Assembly (NCBI GenBank): GCA_000002445.1
Contig: CM000207.1
Location: forward strand, 640,001-704,000
Source: Trypanosoma brucei
Lineage: Eukaryota
DNA length: 64,000 bases
Direction of reading: 5' to 3'
How positions within the stretch are numbered: the stretch's first letter is position 1; the number at the start of each line of letters is the position of its first letter. This document shows positions 29,567 to 39,870 of the stretch, one piece after another. The notes beneath the pieces are model-generated. The model was given only the letters and a program-made list of their open reading frames with translations. It did not search any database and was not told the origin of the DNA. A program made the translations under genes and the position numbers.

Positions 29567-30430
29567 GCCTTCCCTTCCCTTCCCTTTCCTTTTTTTTTTG
29601 ACGAAGTCATGCCACGTGCGTTCCAGCGGTGGAAATGGCACTGACGTTAGGAGCCGTTTGCAGCGGTAAACCAACTTTAAAGAGGCGAGGTTAGTATCTA
29701 CCGTTCGTGGTGCCCGATGGGATATTTGTCTCCTCTCTGGGCTGCAGTTGAACTTGAGGGTTAGGGTTAGTGAGTTACGTTTCTTCTGTCGTAACCAACA
29801 CAACACTTCTGGGATGTCCGTTTTGTTTCTTGATGTTTTGATTGGAAAAGGGAGAGTTTCTTGATAAAGCTGCCAACAGGGAACAAACTTCTGCGTGCAT
29901 CGACTGTCTCATTGTTTTTGTATGAAGGGAAAGCGAAAATATATGTATGCATACATATATACACTCATAGATGCATGCTTGTGGATAGACAACCGCGCTC
30001 GTGTTTGAGTTTTAGGGCGCACATGCTGTACCTGGGCCACCCGATTGGCGGGAGAATGGAGTTGGCGCCTCGTCCGCACTGACTAATTATTGCTTATGCT
30101 TCAAATTCAGGATGCAGGTATTCTCTTTCTTTCAGCGATGATCACATTTATAAAAGTAGGACAACTGTTCTGTGATCTTTTGATCCTTTTTTTTTTCACT
30201 GTGCATAACCTCATAGCAGCCGTTGTGGAGGTGCCCGCTTTAAAGGCGAAGGACAACGTCAAGGGACACTGAGGCCCAATAGAAAGACACAAGACAAAAA
30301 GTAGGGGGATAAAGGGTCGAGGCGTGGGTAAGGAAGTGGAAGAAAAATAGATAAAGAGACGCGAGAAGGCGAGTGAAAGGAAGGAGCAGGTCGCGTTCGC
30401 TGTACCCAGTGGTTGGTAACCGCCTTGCTG

Positions 30431-32170
30431 ATGCATGTGGCCTCTCCCGAGGATATTAAACACGAGATCGAGGATGGCAGAGGTGAGTGGCGGTATGTAC
30501 CACCGTGTGTGCGACAGGCATTGGCGCTTGTTCTTCCAACGACACCGAAAAGGTGTTCAAGGTCGCGGAGCGTTACGAGCGGCTGCTGTGCTCCTCGCAT
30601 GCTTTTGCCACTGCGGGGGAGTGGTCCAAAGACAGATGTGATGGAGGCTGTGGAGGCAGCGCAGTTGGCGGAGCAGCCACTCGCGGTCGCTGGGAGGGAG
30701 CTGCTAAGTTCTTCCAAAGTTTTGGCGAAGCATCTCCCAAAGCAAAGGAGAATTCCTCCCGGCAAGCCTGTTGTCAGGGTGTGTTCAAGCTGTGGTGGAC
30801 CTCTGCAGGAAACTGGGGCGCCTGGCAAGAGATGTGAAGAACGCCCCCGTAGTGGTCGCAAGGGGCGCAGTGCATCTTGTGTGTTGGACGCACACTCCAT
30901 GGGGGAGCGTACACAACTACCCGGTGATACCTCTTCAAGTGTTCCCGGGGTGACTCGCCGAACCTCCAGCGGTGAACAAACCAGTCGAAGAACCCACAAT
31001 ACCGCACGCGTCGTCCAGCCAATTAACATGGAGGCCTCGAAAATCAAACGTGTGGAGTGCATTCGGCACCGTCGGGAGGTGACGGACGCCCTGTTGCATA
31101 TGGTTGAGGCAGTGAAGGTGCTGAGCAAGGAAGTGGACACAACGGTTGTGAAATCTGTTACAGACGCCATGCGCCTTGATCCCCGACGAGCGAAAGACGT
31201 TCGAGGGGAGGTTGCACCGGTTGCCTCTCCATCGGAAGAGCAACAGGAGGCACTAAAGGGACTGTCTAATTCCGTACGGTGGCTGACGAATGCGACGAAC
31301 GAACTGGTGGCCGTTTTCCTAACCCCGGAGGAAAAGCGGTTTCTTGGTTTAAATACGCATAGACTCCAGACGCGTAAGGAACGATCAACTATGTACCAAT
31401 ACGCAAAAACATATCGTAGAAGGGACGGAGGCTTGCCGCCTCCTCCCCCTGGCGTTGGTGAAAATATTACAGGGGACTTGAAAGAGGGGCCTAGGGAAAA
31501 CCAAGATGGTGAGGGAGATGCTGACGAAGAAGATGTCTCAGGGAAGGGCAAAAGCAGAGGGGAGGGCGTACAAAGAAGCGAAGGAGGCAAATCCGCTGAG
31601 GTTTCTTCTAAAGGGGCAATAGGGAAAACGGAATGTGGCGCGGGGGTCCGTTCCCCATCGGGCGCGGCTGCTGGTGCTGAAGATCACAACCCGGAAGTAG
31701 GGATGAAGGGCGGTTGCGTGGAAATGTCGAATAATACACAGCGCTCTTCCCAACTCTCAAGCGTGCAGGCTTCCAGGAGGGAGGAAAAGTTGTCTGAGGA
31801 TAACCAAGTGAAGAAAAGACTTTCTGTGTCGACGCGTGGCACCGCTGAGGAGGTGTCGGCGAGCAACGCCCAGGGAAGTCCTGGGCAAGCGAAATTGTCT
31901 GTCGGCCGTGCTTCGGCATCGGACGTTGCAAACCCGTCCGTGAGCAGTACGGGAGCGAGGAACTCTTTACCGAAGCGAAGAAAGGCCAGTGATTCTCAGT
32001 CCAGGGCCAGAGAGTCTATGGAATCGCTTACTGGCCAAGAACCCCCGGGTTCCGCCGTTTCCGGAGCGTCACTGGCGCAGGCGGAAACCACCGCCAGTGC
32101 TGGAGATTTGGCGAATAAGAACTTGAACAAATTCGCGGTTGCTAGTGACAGTGACAGTGATTCTGACTAG
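30431..32170 (+). CDS. Hypothetical Ser/Glu/Arg-rich low-complexity protein, ~579 aa; tandem divergent paralogue of 28766..29566
   Basis: Track start 30413 is TTG; first ATG 30431 (MHVASPEDIKHEIEDGRGEWRYVPPCVRQALALVL). C-terminus SDSDSDSD. The antisense 443-aa ORF 30259..31590 is rejected. Confidence 0.5.
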   Translation: MHVASPEDIKHEIEDGRGEWRYVPPCVRQALALVLPTTPKRCSRSRSVTSGCCAPRMLLPLRGSGPKTDVMEAVEAAQLAEQPLAVAGRELLSSSKVLAKHLPKQRRIPPGKPVVRVCSSCGGPLQETGAPGKRCEERPRSGRKGRSASCVLDAHSMGERTQLPGDTSSSVPGVTRRTSSGEQTSRRTHNTARVVQPINMEASKIKRVECIRHRREVTDALLHMVEAVKVLSKEVDTTVVKSVTDAMRLDPRRAKDVRGEVAPVASPSEEQQEALKGLSNSVRWLTNATNELVAVFLTPEEKRFLGLNTHRLQTRKERSTMYQYAKTYRRRDGGLPPPPPGVGENITGDLKEGPRENQDGEGDADEEDVSGKGKSRGEGVQRSEGGKSAEVSSKGAIGKTECGAGVRSPSGAAAGAEDHNPEVGMKGGCVEMSNNTQRSSQLSSVQASRREEKLSEDNQVKKRLSVSTRGTAEEVSASNAQGSPGQAKLSVGRASASDVANPSVSSTGARNSLPKRRKASDSQSRARESMESLTGQEPPGSAVSGASLAQAETTASAGDLANKNLNKFAVASDSDSDSD

Positions 32171-32584
32171 GCGCTGACGCTTCACCTAGTTAGCTTTCAC
32201 TCGAACATGCTAAGAAAAAACTTTCGTTCTTCTGAGGAAGGCTTTATATACATCCATATATATATATATGTACTTGCGTCCGTCTCTGGTATGGAAAATG
32301 GCCAAAGGGCAGCAACATAGATTATTTTGTTTGTTGGTGAAGCTGTGTCTGCACCAAGATCCGCGGACCGGCACCCCAACGGTGTGGAATAAGAGAAAGT
32401 ACGATTATATGCGATGAGTTTTACTTAAAATTAGGTAAATCCTTGCTTGACTAACTTGATTGTTCAAAAAGTTATCTTCCCATCGTCACATGTATAGATG
32501 CGTCACTGTCACATGTCCTTCGCTTACTGTTTCTGCCCTTTTTCTGCCCATCGCTCTGCCTCATCTCAAGGTTACACACGCCTA

Positions 32585-33139
32585 ATGCGGCGACTGAGCG
32601 GTTCGACGTGTCTTTTAACGGGAGTGACGCGCGCAGGGAGGTGGCTTCCCACGACAGCGCCATGTCTGTCACTCTGCTCCTTCTTCTTAACGGCTTCCCG
32701 ACGAAAGCAAAGCACCTCCGGCATTGGTGGTGACGTGCGCGACATCGAAGAAACTCACCCCGACTTCCAGCCGCGTCTTGTCAGTGCAGACCTTGCGGAG
32801 GACGAAATAGCAATGGTTAAGAAAGACATCGACGACACAATAAAATCGGAGGATGTTGTTACATTTATAAAGGGCCTACCCGAGGCCCCCATGTGTGCCT
32901 ATTCGAAGCGTATGATTGATGTGTTGGAGGCACTCGGACTAGAGTACACGTCTTTCGATGTACTCGCCCATCCGGTTGTACGCAGTTATGTGAAGGAGGT
33001 GAGCGAGTGGCCGACCATACCGCAATTGTTTATAAAAGCTGAATTTGTGGGGGGCTTGGATATTGTCACGAAGATGCTGGAGAGCGGTGACCTTAAAAAG
33101 ATGCTGCGGGATAAGGGAATCACTTGTCGGGACCTGTAA
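32585..33139 (+). CDS. 1-C-Grx1: Monothiol (1-Cys) glutaredoxin with CAYS active site, mitochondrial type, 184 aa
   Basis: In-frame ATGs at 32498, 32513 and 32585. 32585 gives 184 aa with an Arg-rich presequence (MRRLSGSTCLLTGVTRAGRW). Grx fold: IKGLPEAPMCAYSKRMIDVLEALG...WPTIPQLFIKAEFVGGLDIV; CAYS replaces the usual CGFS. Confidence 0.8.
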   Translation: MRRLSGSTCLLTGVTRAGRWLPTTAPCLSLCSFFLTASRRKQSTSGIGGDVRDIEETHPDFQPRLVSADLAEDEIAMVKKDIDDTIKSEDVVTFIKGLPEAPMCAYSKRMIDVLEALGLEYTSFDVLAHPVVRSYVKEVSEWPTIPQLFIKAEFVGGLDIVTKMLESGDLKKMLRDKGITCRDL

Positions 33140-33523
33140 GCCGCAGCTGGGGCAGGGAAGCAAAGCAGTGTATTGAATTGGATCGGAAGAACTGAAGGGG
33201 AAAAATACGGAGACGAGCGTACGTGTAACAGTAGGAGAGGGAAATGAGGAAAAATGGGAGCGAATACACGCGGGGTGTGTAACAGAAAGCTACCCTTTCT
33301 GCATGGTATTATCAATACTTTTTCATCGGGATCCGTACATCTTCTCATCGTTGAAGGAACTGCCGTTTGCGCAGGCCTTGTTCGCGCTCCTCTCCATCAA
33401 CTCAGCCGTACTGGTGGGTTGAAGTAACCGCATATTTCTCACGTGTGTAGCAATGTGTTGAGTCTGTTCCCACTTTAATGCGTCACGTGGCATCACGGTG
33501 GTTTTCCTTTGTGTGTGTGTGGT

Positions 33524-33543
33524 TCTCTCTCTCTCTCTCTCTC
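33524..33543 (+). promoter_or_regulatory. (TC)10 polypyrimidine tract upstream of FUT1; candidate trans-splicing signal (also a microsatellite)
   Basis: tctctctctctctctctctc at 33524..33543, followed by AG dinucleotides and ATG 33617. The track ORF start (TTG 33509) lies upstream of this tract and is not a real N-terminus. Confidence 0.5.
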
Positions 33544-33616
33544 GACCTCCCCATCCGGTCTGAGCACTTGTACCCTCGGAGGGTTGCAGCAGAAAAGAGG
33601 AGCGCGGGAGGCAGTC

Positions 33617-34543
33617 ATGAGCAACAAGGCATTCCTAACAACTAATTTAGTTGGTGGACTTGGAAACCAGCTTTTTCTTGTTGCCAATCTATTAGCCACG
33701 GCCCGTCGAAACGGTCTGACAGCTGTACTGCCGCGGATGAGCTTTAGCAGTAGCAACGAGCAACCACGACCTGTGTACTGGCAATCAGTGTTTGCTAACC
33801 TTGAGTCGTACGGCGTAGGACATGATCTTCCAACAGGCGTCCCTGAAGTAATTGTGCCAGAGCAGCGGCCGGCTGCAGCCGTGACGCTTGATGCATCTAG
33901 GCAATGTGTGTATAACATGGTGGGTTTTTTTCAGTCAGAAACGTTCTTTGCCGATCATCCTGTCGTGAGCGAAGTGATATCTCCAGAGATGCGACGGACG
34001 TCGATGAGGCACATGTGGGAAAACTACAACAACGGGTACAAGGATCCTAGCCTAGCGCACTATGTTGGACTGCACATTCGGCGTGGAGATTATCTACGTT
34101 TGCGTGATGTGTTTGAAATTCTGGAAGTGGACTATTATGATGCTGCTGTGCGGCAGCTTCTGGGTTGCGCTCTGCACCAGCGGTCTCCGGGTCATCGTAG
34201 TACACATCTCCTTGTGTTCTGCGAGGAGGAAGAAAGACGGTACGGCGCTTCGGTTGTTGGATATTTCCGAAGCAAATACGAGGGGTTGGAGGTTTCTCTT
34301 GTTTCTCCCACCAAAGAGCATGTGAAGTTTCCTTGTGATGCTCAGATGCCCCGTGAGGTACTAGAGTTGTTGATGCTATCGAGTTGTGACGATGTTATCA
34401 TGGCAAATTCATCGTGGTCCTGGTGGGCAGCGTATTTGAATAGCAGACCGGTGCGGCGCGTGGTGGCACCGTCCCGTTGGTTTGTTCAGCACCCTTACCC
34501 CCAGTCAAACCATATGTACTGTAACGACTGGATCCTCCTGTAG
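33617..34543 (+). CDS. FUT1: GT11-family alpha-1,2-fucosyltransferase, ~308 aa
   Basis: First ATG 33617. GT11 motif I LVGGLGNQLFLVANLLA (cf. bacterial FutC GGLGNQMFQYA); HYVGLHIRRGDY; C-terminal NSSWSWWAAYL. Confidence 0.75.
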   Translation: MSNKAFLTTNLVGGLGNQLFLVANLLATARRNGLTAVLPRMSFSSSNEQPRPVYWQSVFANLESYGVGHDLPTGVPEVIVPEQRPAAAVTLDASRQCVYNMVGFFQSETFFADHPVVSEVISPEMRRTSMRHMWENYNNGYKDPSLAHYVGLHIRRGDYLRLRDVFEILEVDYYDAAVRQLLGCALHQRSPGHRSTHLLVFCEEEERRYGASVVGYFRSKYEGLEVSLVSPTKEHVKFPCDAQMPREVLELLMLSSCDDVIMANSSWSWWAAYLNSRPVRRVVAPSRWFVQHPYPQSNHMYCNDWILL

Positions 34544-34891
34544 CGCTGCGTTTGTACGGCAGACACTAACAATACCACGCGGATGAGCAACGGAGGATAT
34601 CACGTGAGATGCTGCGTTTGCCAAGGGTCTGCTCGCCGGTAGAAAGTGGCTGAATTTGCATCAAGTTCGGTCTGCCTACATCCACGATTCATCGTGAGAT
34701 ACTTTGTGCGGGGAAACGTTTATGTGGTTCAGTAGTAAGATAATGTGTGTGTGTGTGGGGGGGGGGTTGTGTGGCCGTAACGATTCGCTCCTACATTAAC
34801 TTTGCCCCGTTTTGCAATTATTTTGTGGGGAAAAGATTGGACGGACGCAAATGGCCTTATACTTAGTGTGTATGCCGCAATTTGTTTTACC

Positions 34892-34916
34892 TGTGTGTGT
34901 GTGTGTGTGTGTGTGT
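34892..34916. repeat. (TG)12 microsatellite, intergenic
   Basis: tgtgtgtgtgtgtgtgtgtgtgtgt seen directly; a G10 run lies at 34757..34766. Confidence 0.85.
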
Positions 34917-34989
34917 ACTGTTATTTGCCTGTATTACTCTTCTTCCCTTCAGTTGCCTTCGCTCGGCGCCTTCCTTAGATATAATTCCA

Positions 34990-35685
34990 ATGACACCTGC
35001 TGTAGTTTCGATGCGAGAGAAAAATAACGGCCTGCTCCTTTCCTTTGCGGTCACCGCGATGGGAGTCGCGTGTTTGGTAAAGCTCTACAAGCGCTGCTTT
35101 GTTCGTGTTCCTCCTCATTGTGTTACCGTGGTGTATGAGACTCGGAGGAACTCTATTCTCGCATCGTCCATGGAGGAAGCAAATAATGAGCTTCCGCAAG
35201 TGTCACACTTCCGTCCATTGATGTATATAGTGAGTTTGCTGCTCTACAGGAGCAAGAAGTTAGTTATTGTGCCACCTACATCCTTCTTTAGCACCTTCAC
35301 ACTCCCGTGTAGCGTTCTTGATGAGTCAGGTGATGGAGAGGTGGTAGACTGCACGGTGGAGGACATTCACGTGACCGATGGGTCCGTGCGCATGGTCATG
35401 ACAATTCGCTACTGCATTCCTATCAATGAGTTGGAACGCTACCTCGCTGCAGTAGGGCCAACGGCGCCAAATGAGCGCATAGCCCTAGCTGCCGCAGGTG
35501 CTGCAAGGGCCAGGGGGGCCGAACTCTCCGTTGGCTTGATCATTAACAAATCCAAGCGCGATACCGCATTTTTAGAGCCCTTTCGGGCGCACCTCTCGTC
35601 CAAGTTGATGTCCGAGTCGTGTGTGAAGGTGTTGGATGTCGTTGTAGAGGCTGCTGAGATCGCGGACCGGTCTTTGGGAGGATGA
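34990..35685 (+). CDS. Hypothetical protein, ~231 aa
   Basis: Track ORF starts at TTG 34882 and runs through the (TG)n microsatellite; first ATG 34990 (MTPAVVSMREKNNG...). One hydrophobic segment; no recognised domain. Confidence 0.45.
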   Translation: MTPAVVSMREKNNGLLLSFAVTAMGVACLVKLYKRCFVRVPPHCVTVVYETRRNSILASSMEEANNELPQVSHFRPLMYIVSLLLYRSKKLVIVPPTSFFSTFTLPCSVLDESGDGEVVDCTVEDIHVTDGSVRMVMTIRYCIPINELERYLAAVGPTAPNERIALAAAGAARARGAELSVGLIINKSKRDTAFLEPFRAHLSSKLMSESCVKVLDVVVEAAEIADRSLGG

Positions 35686-36272
35686 TATGCTTGAGGATGC
35701 CTTCCTTCCTTTTTTGTGCATTTGTGGCCAAATTTAAGCGCAGAAAGTGGGAAGGTGAAATATTTGTGAGTTGTTGCGTTGTGGATGTGCTTTTCTTGTC
35801 ATTCCAACTTATGTCATAACAAAGCCAATGCGCGCGCAAAGGGGAACATGGGGTTATGCGGACCGGGCAGGGCAGTGGCGACGCAATCGTCAGCCAATCA
35901 CAAACGATTTCGCATTTGGTGCAACGTGTTAGTTTGTGGGTAGGGAAATGCGTTAGCGATGACTCATACCGTACAAAATAGGGATGTTTTGCTTGGAGGG
36001 GAGAAACATATTGTCAGTTTTGCACCGTGTTACTTTGCTTACCGTTGATTCTCCTTCCACGAATACCCTGGCTTGTTCTCCCTCCGGGTGCACATTAACG
36101 CTCGCAGAGCCGGGAATTTCCTTAACTTGTAGGAGAGTGTTAATACTAGATTAATTAGTAACGGGAAGCTGTTTTCTACATCAGTGGCCACTGATATACC
36201 CCCCGAGCAGGCACGTACGGCGGTATACGCTATTAGGGTAGAAATACACACTCGTACGGTAGTCCGTTTGAG

Positions 36273-37934
36273 ATGGCCGCGTCGCAGGTAGAACTTGTTG
36301 CGAACCCCTCATCCGATGTCAGCACGTATCGCTGGGTCGTCGATACCGTTGGGCACCTCAACCGCAAGAATAAAATGACATCTCTCCCCTTCTGGATGCC
36401 GAACTACATAACGAAGGAGCACCAGTTCCGCCTCATACTTATTCGTGGCGTGGTTTTAAGGGAACATGCAAGGGACGACCCCATTGGGGTGATGCTCGAG
36501 CTAATCCCACCGCCCACCGGCACCGACGTCGCGTTCCCTGGTGGCTGTGTAGTGACCGCCAGTCTTGTGAATCGTGTGCATGATGATGGTACCCATAACA
36601 TAGAGGCGACGGAAACCGTTGAAATTGCCCCCGATAACCTGCAAGTGTTCTTTCCGGAGCTCATCCCCGCCTCCGCCCTACAAGACCCTGAATTCGCGGA
36701 AGGAGAAGGTCCTACATTGCTCATTGAAGTGACGATTCAAACGGGTGTTAACGTAACTTTCGAAAGGGTGAATCAAACAGTGACCTCGGTGTGGTCAAGG
36801 ATATCGAGTTCCGTGAGCAAACTGGTTGAGCGGGCGGCCCATGCCCTTGGTGAGACGCGGGAGGAATATGGTGTGTGTGAGGCAGCGCAGGGGCATCGCA
36901 AGTTACCCTGGGAAGATGTGCCAAAGGGATGGGAAGAAAAGGAGGATGAGTGGCGGCACCTTGTTACAAAGCTTATAGTTGAGGATGAAGGAACGTTTCG
37001 ATACGGGCCAAACAGAGGGTTTTCCAAGGACGAACAAGCGCTGCTGGTTCAGTGCGGTCTCAACCAACGCTCCATCGCAGATGCCCGTGCCATCTTTGAT
37101 TACAACCGTGATGTGCATGAAGGGCTTCTGGCTGTTCCGGAAATTCGACAACAGCGCTACAACCTCGTTCCGGGAAAGTTGAAAGATGAAGTTTTTTGGG
37201 CAAATTATTTTTGGAAGGTAGCTGTTCTCGGCTACTGCACCAATGACGAGCAGGTTCGACTCCTTCTCACAGTGCTAAACGCACCTCCAGCAGTTCAACC
37301 GCGCGATATATCTTCCATCCGTTTGGTTGACGAGGAAACCGTTCTATTCCACGTAAGTGACGCACAAGAGGCAGCTGACATGCTCGTTGAATATCTCACT
37401 GATGATGCACCAGACGGTGACATGTTGCTTGAGGCGGCGGCTGAAGCATGCGAGGGGCATGCAAGACAATTGGAAGGCTACTTTAAGCGAACTGACCTGT
37501 CGGAGTCGACGCTCAAAGTTATAGGTGTTTTGTTGAAGCGATTACGGGACCGGCTCACAGCCTACAGGGAGCGAAATGTCAACCGAGGCCTACTGGGGGA
37601 AAATGGTGTTATGTTGCCCACCCGTGACTTGAGCAGGGAAAATTATGACTGCCAGGTGTCGGTAAAAAGTATTCAGCCTCATGAAGAACATCTGGTAGCG
37701 CGGGCAAGCAGCCCCCTCAAGCAACCGCACAAGGAGGGTGAGGCCGACAAGCCCGAAGACATAGCTTCTTCCTCCATAGTTGAGTCGGTGGTTAAGGAGG
37801 CAGAAAGAATCGGTCATACTTTGGGTGTCAAGCAAACGGGTGCAACCATTGGTAACCAAAGTGGCGCCCGCGTAACCTCGGGACTGGAGTTTCCGAAAAT
37901 GCCCTGGGAGGAGGAAGACGAGGTCGATGAGTGA
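36273..37934 (+). CDS. BSD-domain protein, 553 aa
   Basis: ATG 36273. BSD signature (aromatic FW...YF core): DEVFWANYFWKVAVLGY. Acidic C-terminus EEEDEVDE. Confidence 0.55.
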   Translation: MAASQVELVANPSSDVSTYRWVVDTVGHLNRKNKMTSLPFWMPNYITKEHQFRLILIRGVVLREHARDDPIGVMLELIPPPTGTDVAFPGGCVVTASLVNRVHDDGTHNIEATETVEIAPDNLQVFFPELIPASALQDPEFAEGEGPTLLIEVTIQTGVNVTFERVNQTVTSVWSRISSSVSKLVERAAHALGETREEYGVCEAAQGHRKLPWEDVPKGWEEKEDEWRHLVTKLIVEDEGTFRYGPNRGFSKDEQALLVQCGLNQRSIADARAIFDYNRDVHEGLLAVPEIRQQRYNLVPGKLKDEVFWANYFWKVAVLGYCTNDEQVRLLLTVLNAPPAVQPRDISSIRLVDEETVLFHVSDAQEAADMLVEYLTDDAPDGDMLLEAAAEACEGHARQLEGYFKRTDLSESTLKVIGVLLKRLRDRLTAYRERNVNRGLLGENGVMLPTRDLSRENYDCQVSVKSIQPHEEHLVARASSPLKQPHKEGEADKPEDIASSSIVESVVKEAERIGHTLGVKQTGATIGNQSGARVTSGLEFPKMPWEEEDEVDE

Positions 37935-38460
37935 AGCATGCGTGACGCATACCGGCTTGTGGACGCTGATCGATGGATCTAACGGTGGGAAGACGGGGTC
38001 ATCTTTACGTGTACCCGTCTATTCTTTTTTGCTTCCACAATGCTTGCATTCCATGGGTCTTTAGCGTGCCAATTTCTGCAAACCACTCAACAATATTTCC
38101 CAACGAGTGCTACGTATCATTCGTTTCGAATATGTTGGGTACGTCCAAGAGTATTCCCCCCTAGTTCTCCTATCCCCCACCCAATCCTGCGACTCTCAAC
38201 TTGATCATCACCGCAACTGTTAACACGTAGATCGTCCCACAGGTATTGGTTGTGATGATGGTGCTGGGAGAGTTGCAGCGAAGGAAGATGCAGAGAAACC
38301 TGCTCCGTCAAAAAGAAACAGGACTGACAGTTTGTGGCGAGTGTCCCTTGATCGTCTGTATCGCACTTAACACCATGCGCTCACGCTGCTCATTGCCCCT
38401 TTTCCAACACTTCCTTTGTTTCAATATAACTCAATTTCGCACGTGTGTGGTGGTAGAAGA

Positions 38461-39057
38461 ATGCGACGCCTGGGCGTGTTTTGCCGTGGGCAGCGGAACT
38501 CTCCATTGCTTACGCGCGGCATCGCTACAGGTGGGCGCGTGACTAATGAGGACCGGCGCTGGTGGCTTGTACACCTTGAATGTGCGCCCGATGTAACGCC
38601 TGGCACCTTCATCGCATGGCTTGACTGCTGTGGAACTCATACGTGCAAGAAGCTAATCGAGCGAAATATATGGACCATTGAGCAGGTCGCCGCACTAGAC
38701 TCTGATCAGGTCGATGAACTGAAGTATAGAGAAGGTTGCCTCAAAATGGATGTGGTGTGGGAGCACGCCCGTACAATTATTACACCGCTCCGACAACGCG
38801 AGGTTACTGGAGGTGTGGAATCGGAATTGCAGGGCCGAATCATGGAACTGCGCAAGAAGCGGGAGCTGGAGCGACGGCGAGAGGAGATTCTGAAGGAGCG
38901 TGCAAACGTCTCAGAGCAACGGGAAGAGACACTCAGGAAGTTGCGCGAGGCGATCGCAGCGAAGAAGGCTGCTATGCTGCAGAAAAAGCAGGCGGCGTCG
39001 GAGGCATATGGTGGAAGTAGCGACGGTGGCGCCAGGAAAGAGGGGGCTGAAGAGTAA
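38461..39057 (+). CDS. Hypothetical protein with C-terminal Glu/Arg/Lys-rich coiled-coil, ~198 aa
   Basis: Track start 38416 is TTG; first ATG 38461 (MRRLGVFCRGQRNSPLLTRG, Arg-rich, possible organellar presequence). Confidence 0.45.
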   Translation: MRRLGVFCRGQRNSPLLTRGIATGGRVTNEDRRWWLVHLECAPDVTPGTFIAWLDCCGTHTCKKLIERNIWTIEQVAALDSDQVDELKYREGCLKMDVVWEHARTIITPLRQREVTGGVESELQGRIMELRKKRELERRREEILKERANVSEQREETLRKLREAIAAKKAAMLQKKQAASEAYGGSSDGGARKEGAEE

Positions 39058-39870
39058 CCACCCTGTTGCGCATGTTTGGAGTTTGTGAATGGCTGTAAAT
39101 TGTTATCTGTCGAAAGAGTACGCGTCTGGGTGTATCCTAATACACTTTCACAGTTTACAGCTGTGTGGAGTGGAGTGACCAGAAGAAGACTTTGCAAGAA
39201 TAATGATGAGATGAGTGGAGGTGGGGTGTGGCGTCGATGCCTACCCCGGGGCAAACGTGTGACTCAATAATCGTATTAACTGCGTGCTATCATCATACGA
39301 GAGTTTACCATTTGACTGGAAGTGTGGGAGTTGGCGATTCCACCGATGCTTTGGTACTACAGCAGGACTTGCATGATAAAATGTCCTTGAATCTGACGAA
39401 GCTAATGAACTATGTGAGGAATGACTATCACACCAAAGAAAACTAAGGCTGCGGGACACCGTAGGGGATTCAGGCGTTTCTTTTTTAAATAACAATCTGA
39501 GATTTTGCCTCGCGCCGCTTCCCTTCTATCCATGTGTCTGACACGTAACGGACCCTGTGGTGGATTTTTACTGTAATGCTTTAGTTCTTTTATTCTGTGG
39601 GCGGGTTCTATTGAGCGTTAGCATTTATGAAACACTTCGCTTGTTGGGTGTGAACAAATGGTTCAGCGTCGAAAGCGGGCTGCTTCGATATCTGACAGGT
39701 AAGGAGGGGAGAAGATGCTCGGCCCTCCGTTGGTTACATGGGATGTTGTTGCAGCAGTTTGGTGTTTAGAAATATATGTCGCAGTCTCAAAATAACAAGG
39801 ACATACACACATATATGTATATTTATACGCAGCTACTTCACTTGTTTTGATCTATAGGTAGTTGGAAAGG

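Noticed and set aside
30259-31590. 443-aa minus-strand ORF, Ser/Pro/Ala-rich
   Set aside because: It is entirely antisense to the + strand gene 30431..32170 in a GC-rich low-complexity region. All other genes are + strand, and this mirror ORF is a typical artefact of biased composition.
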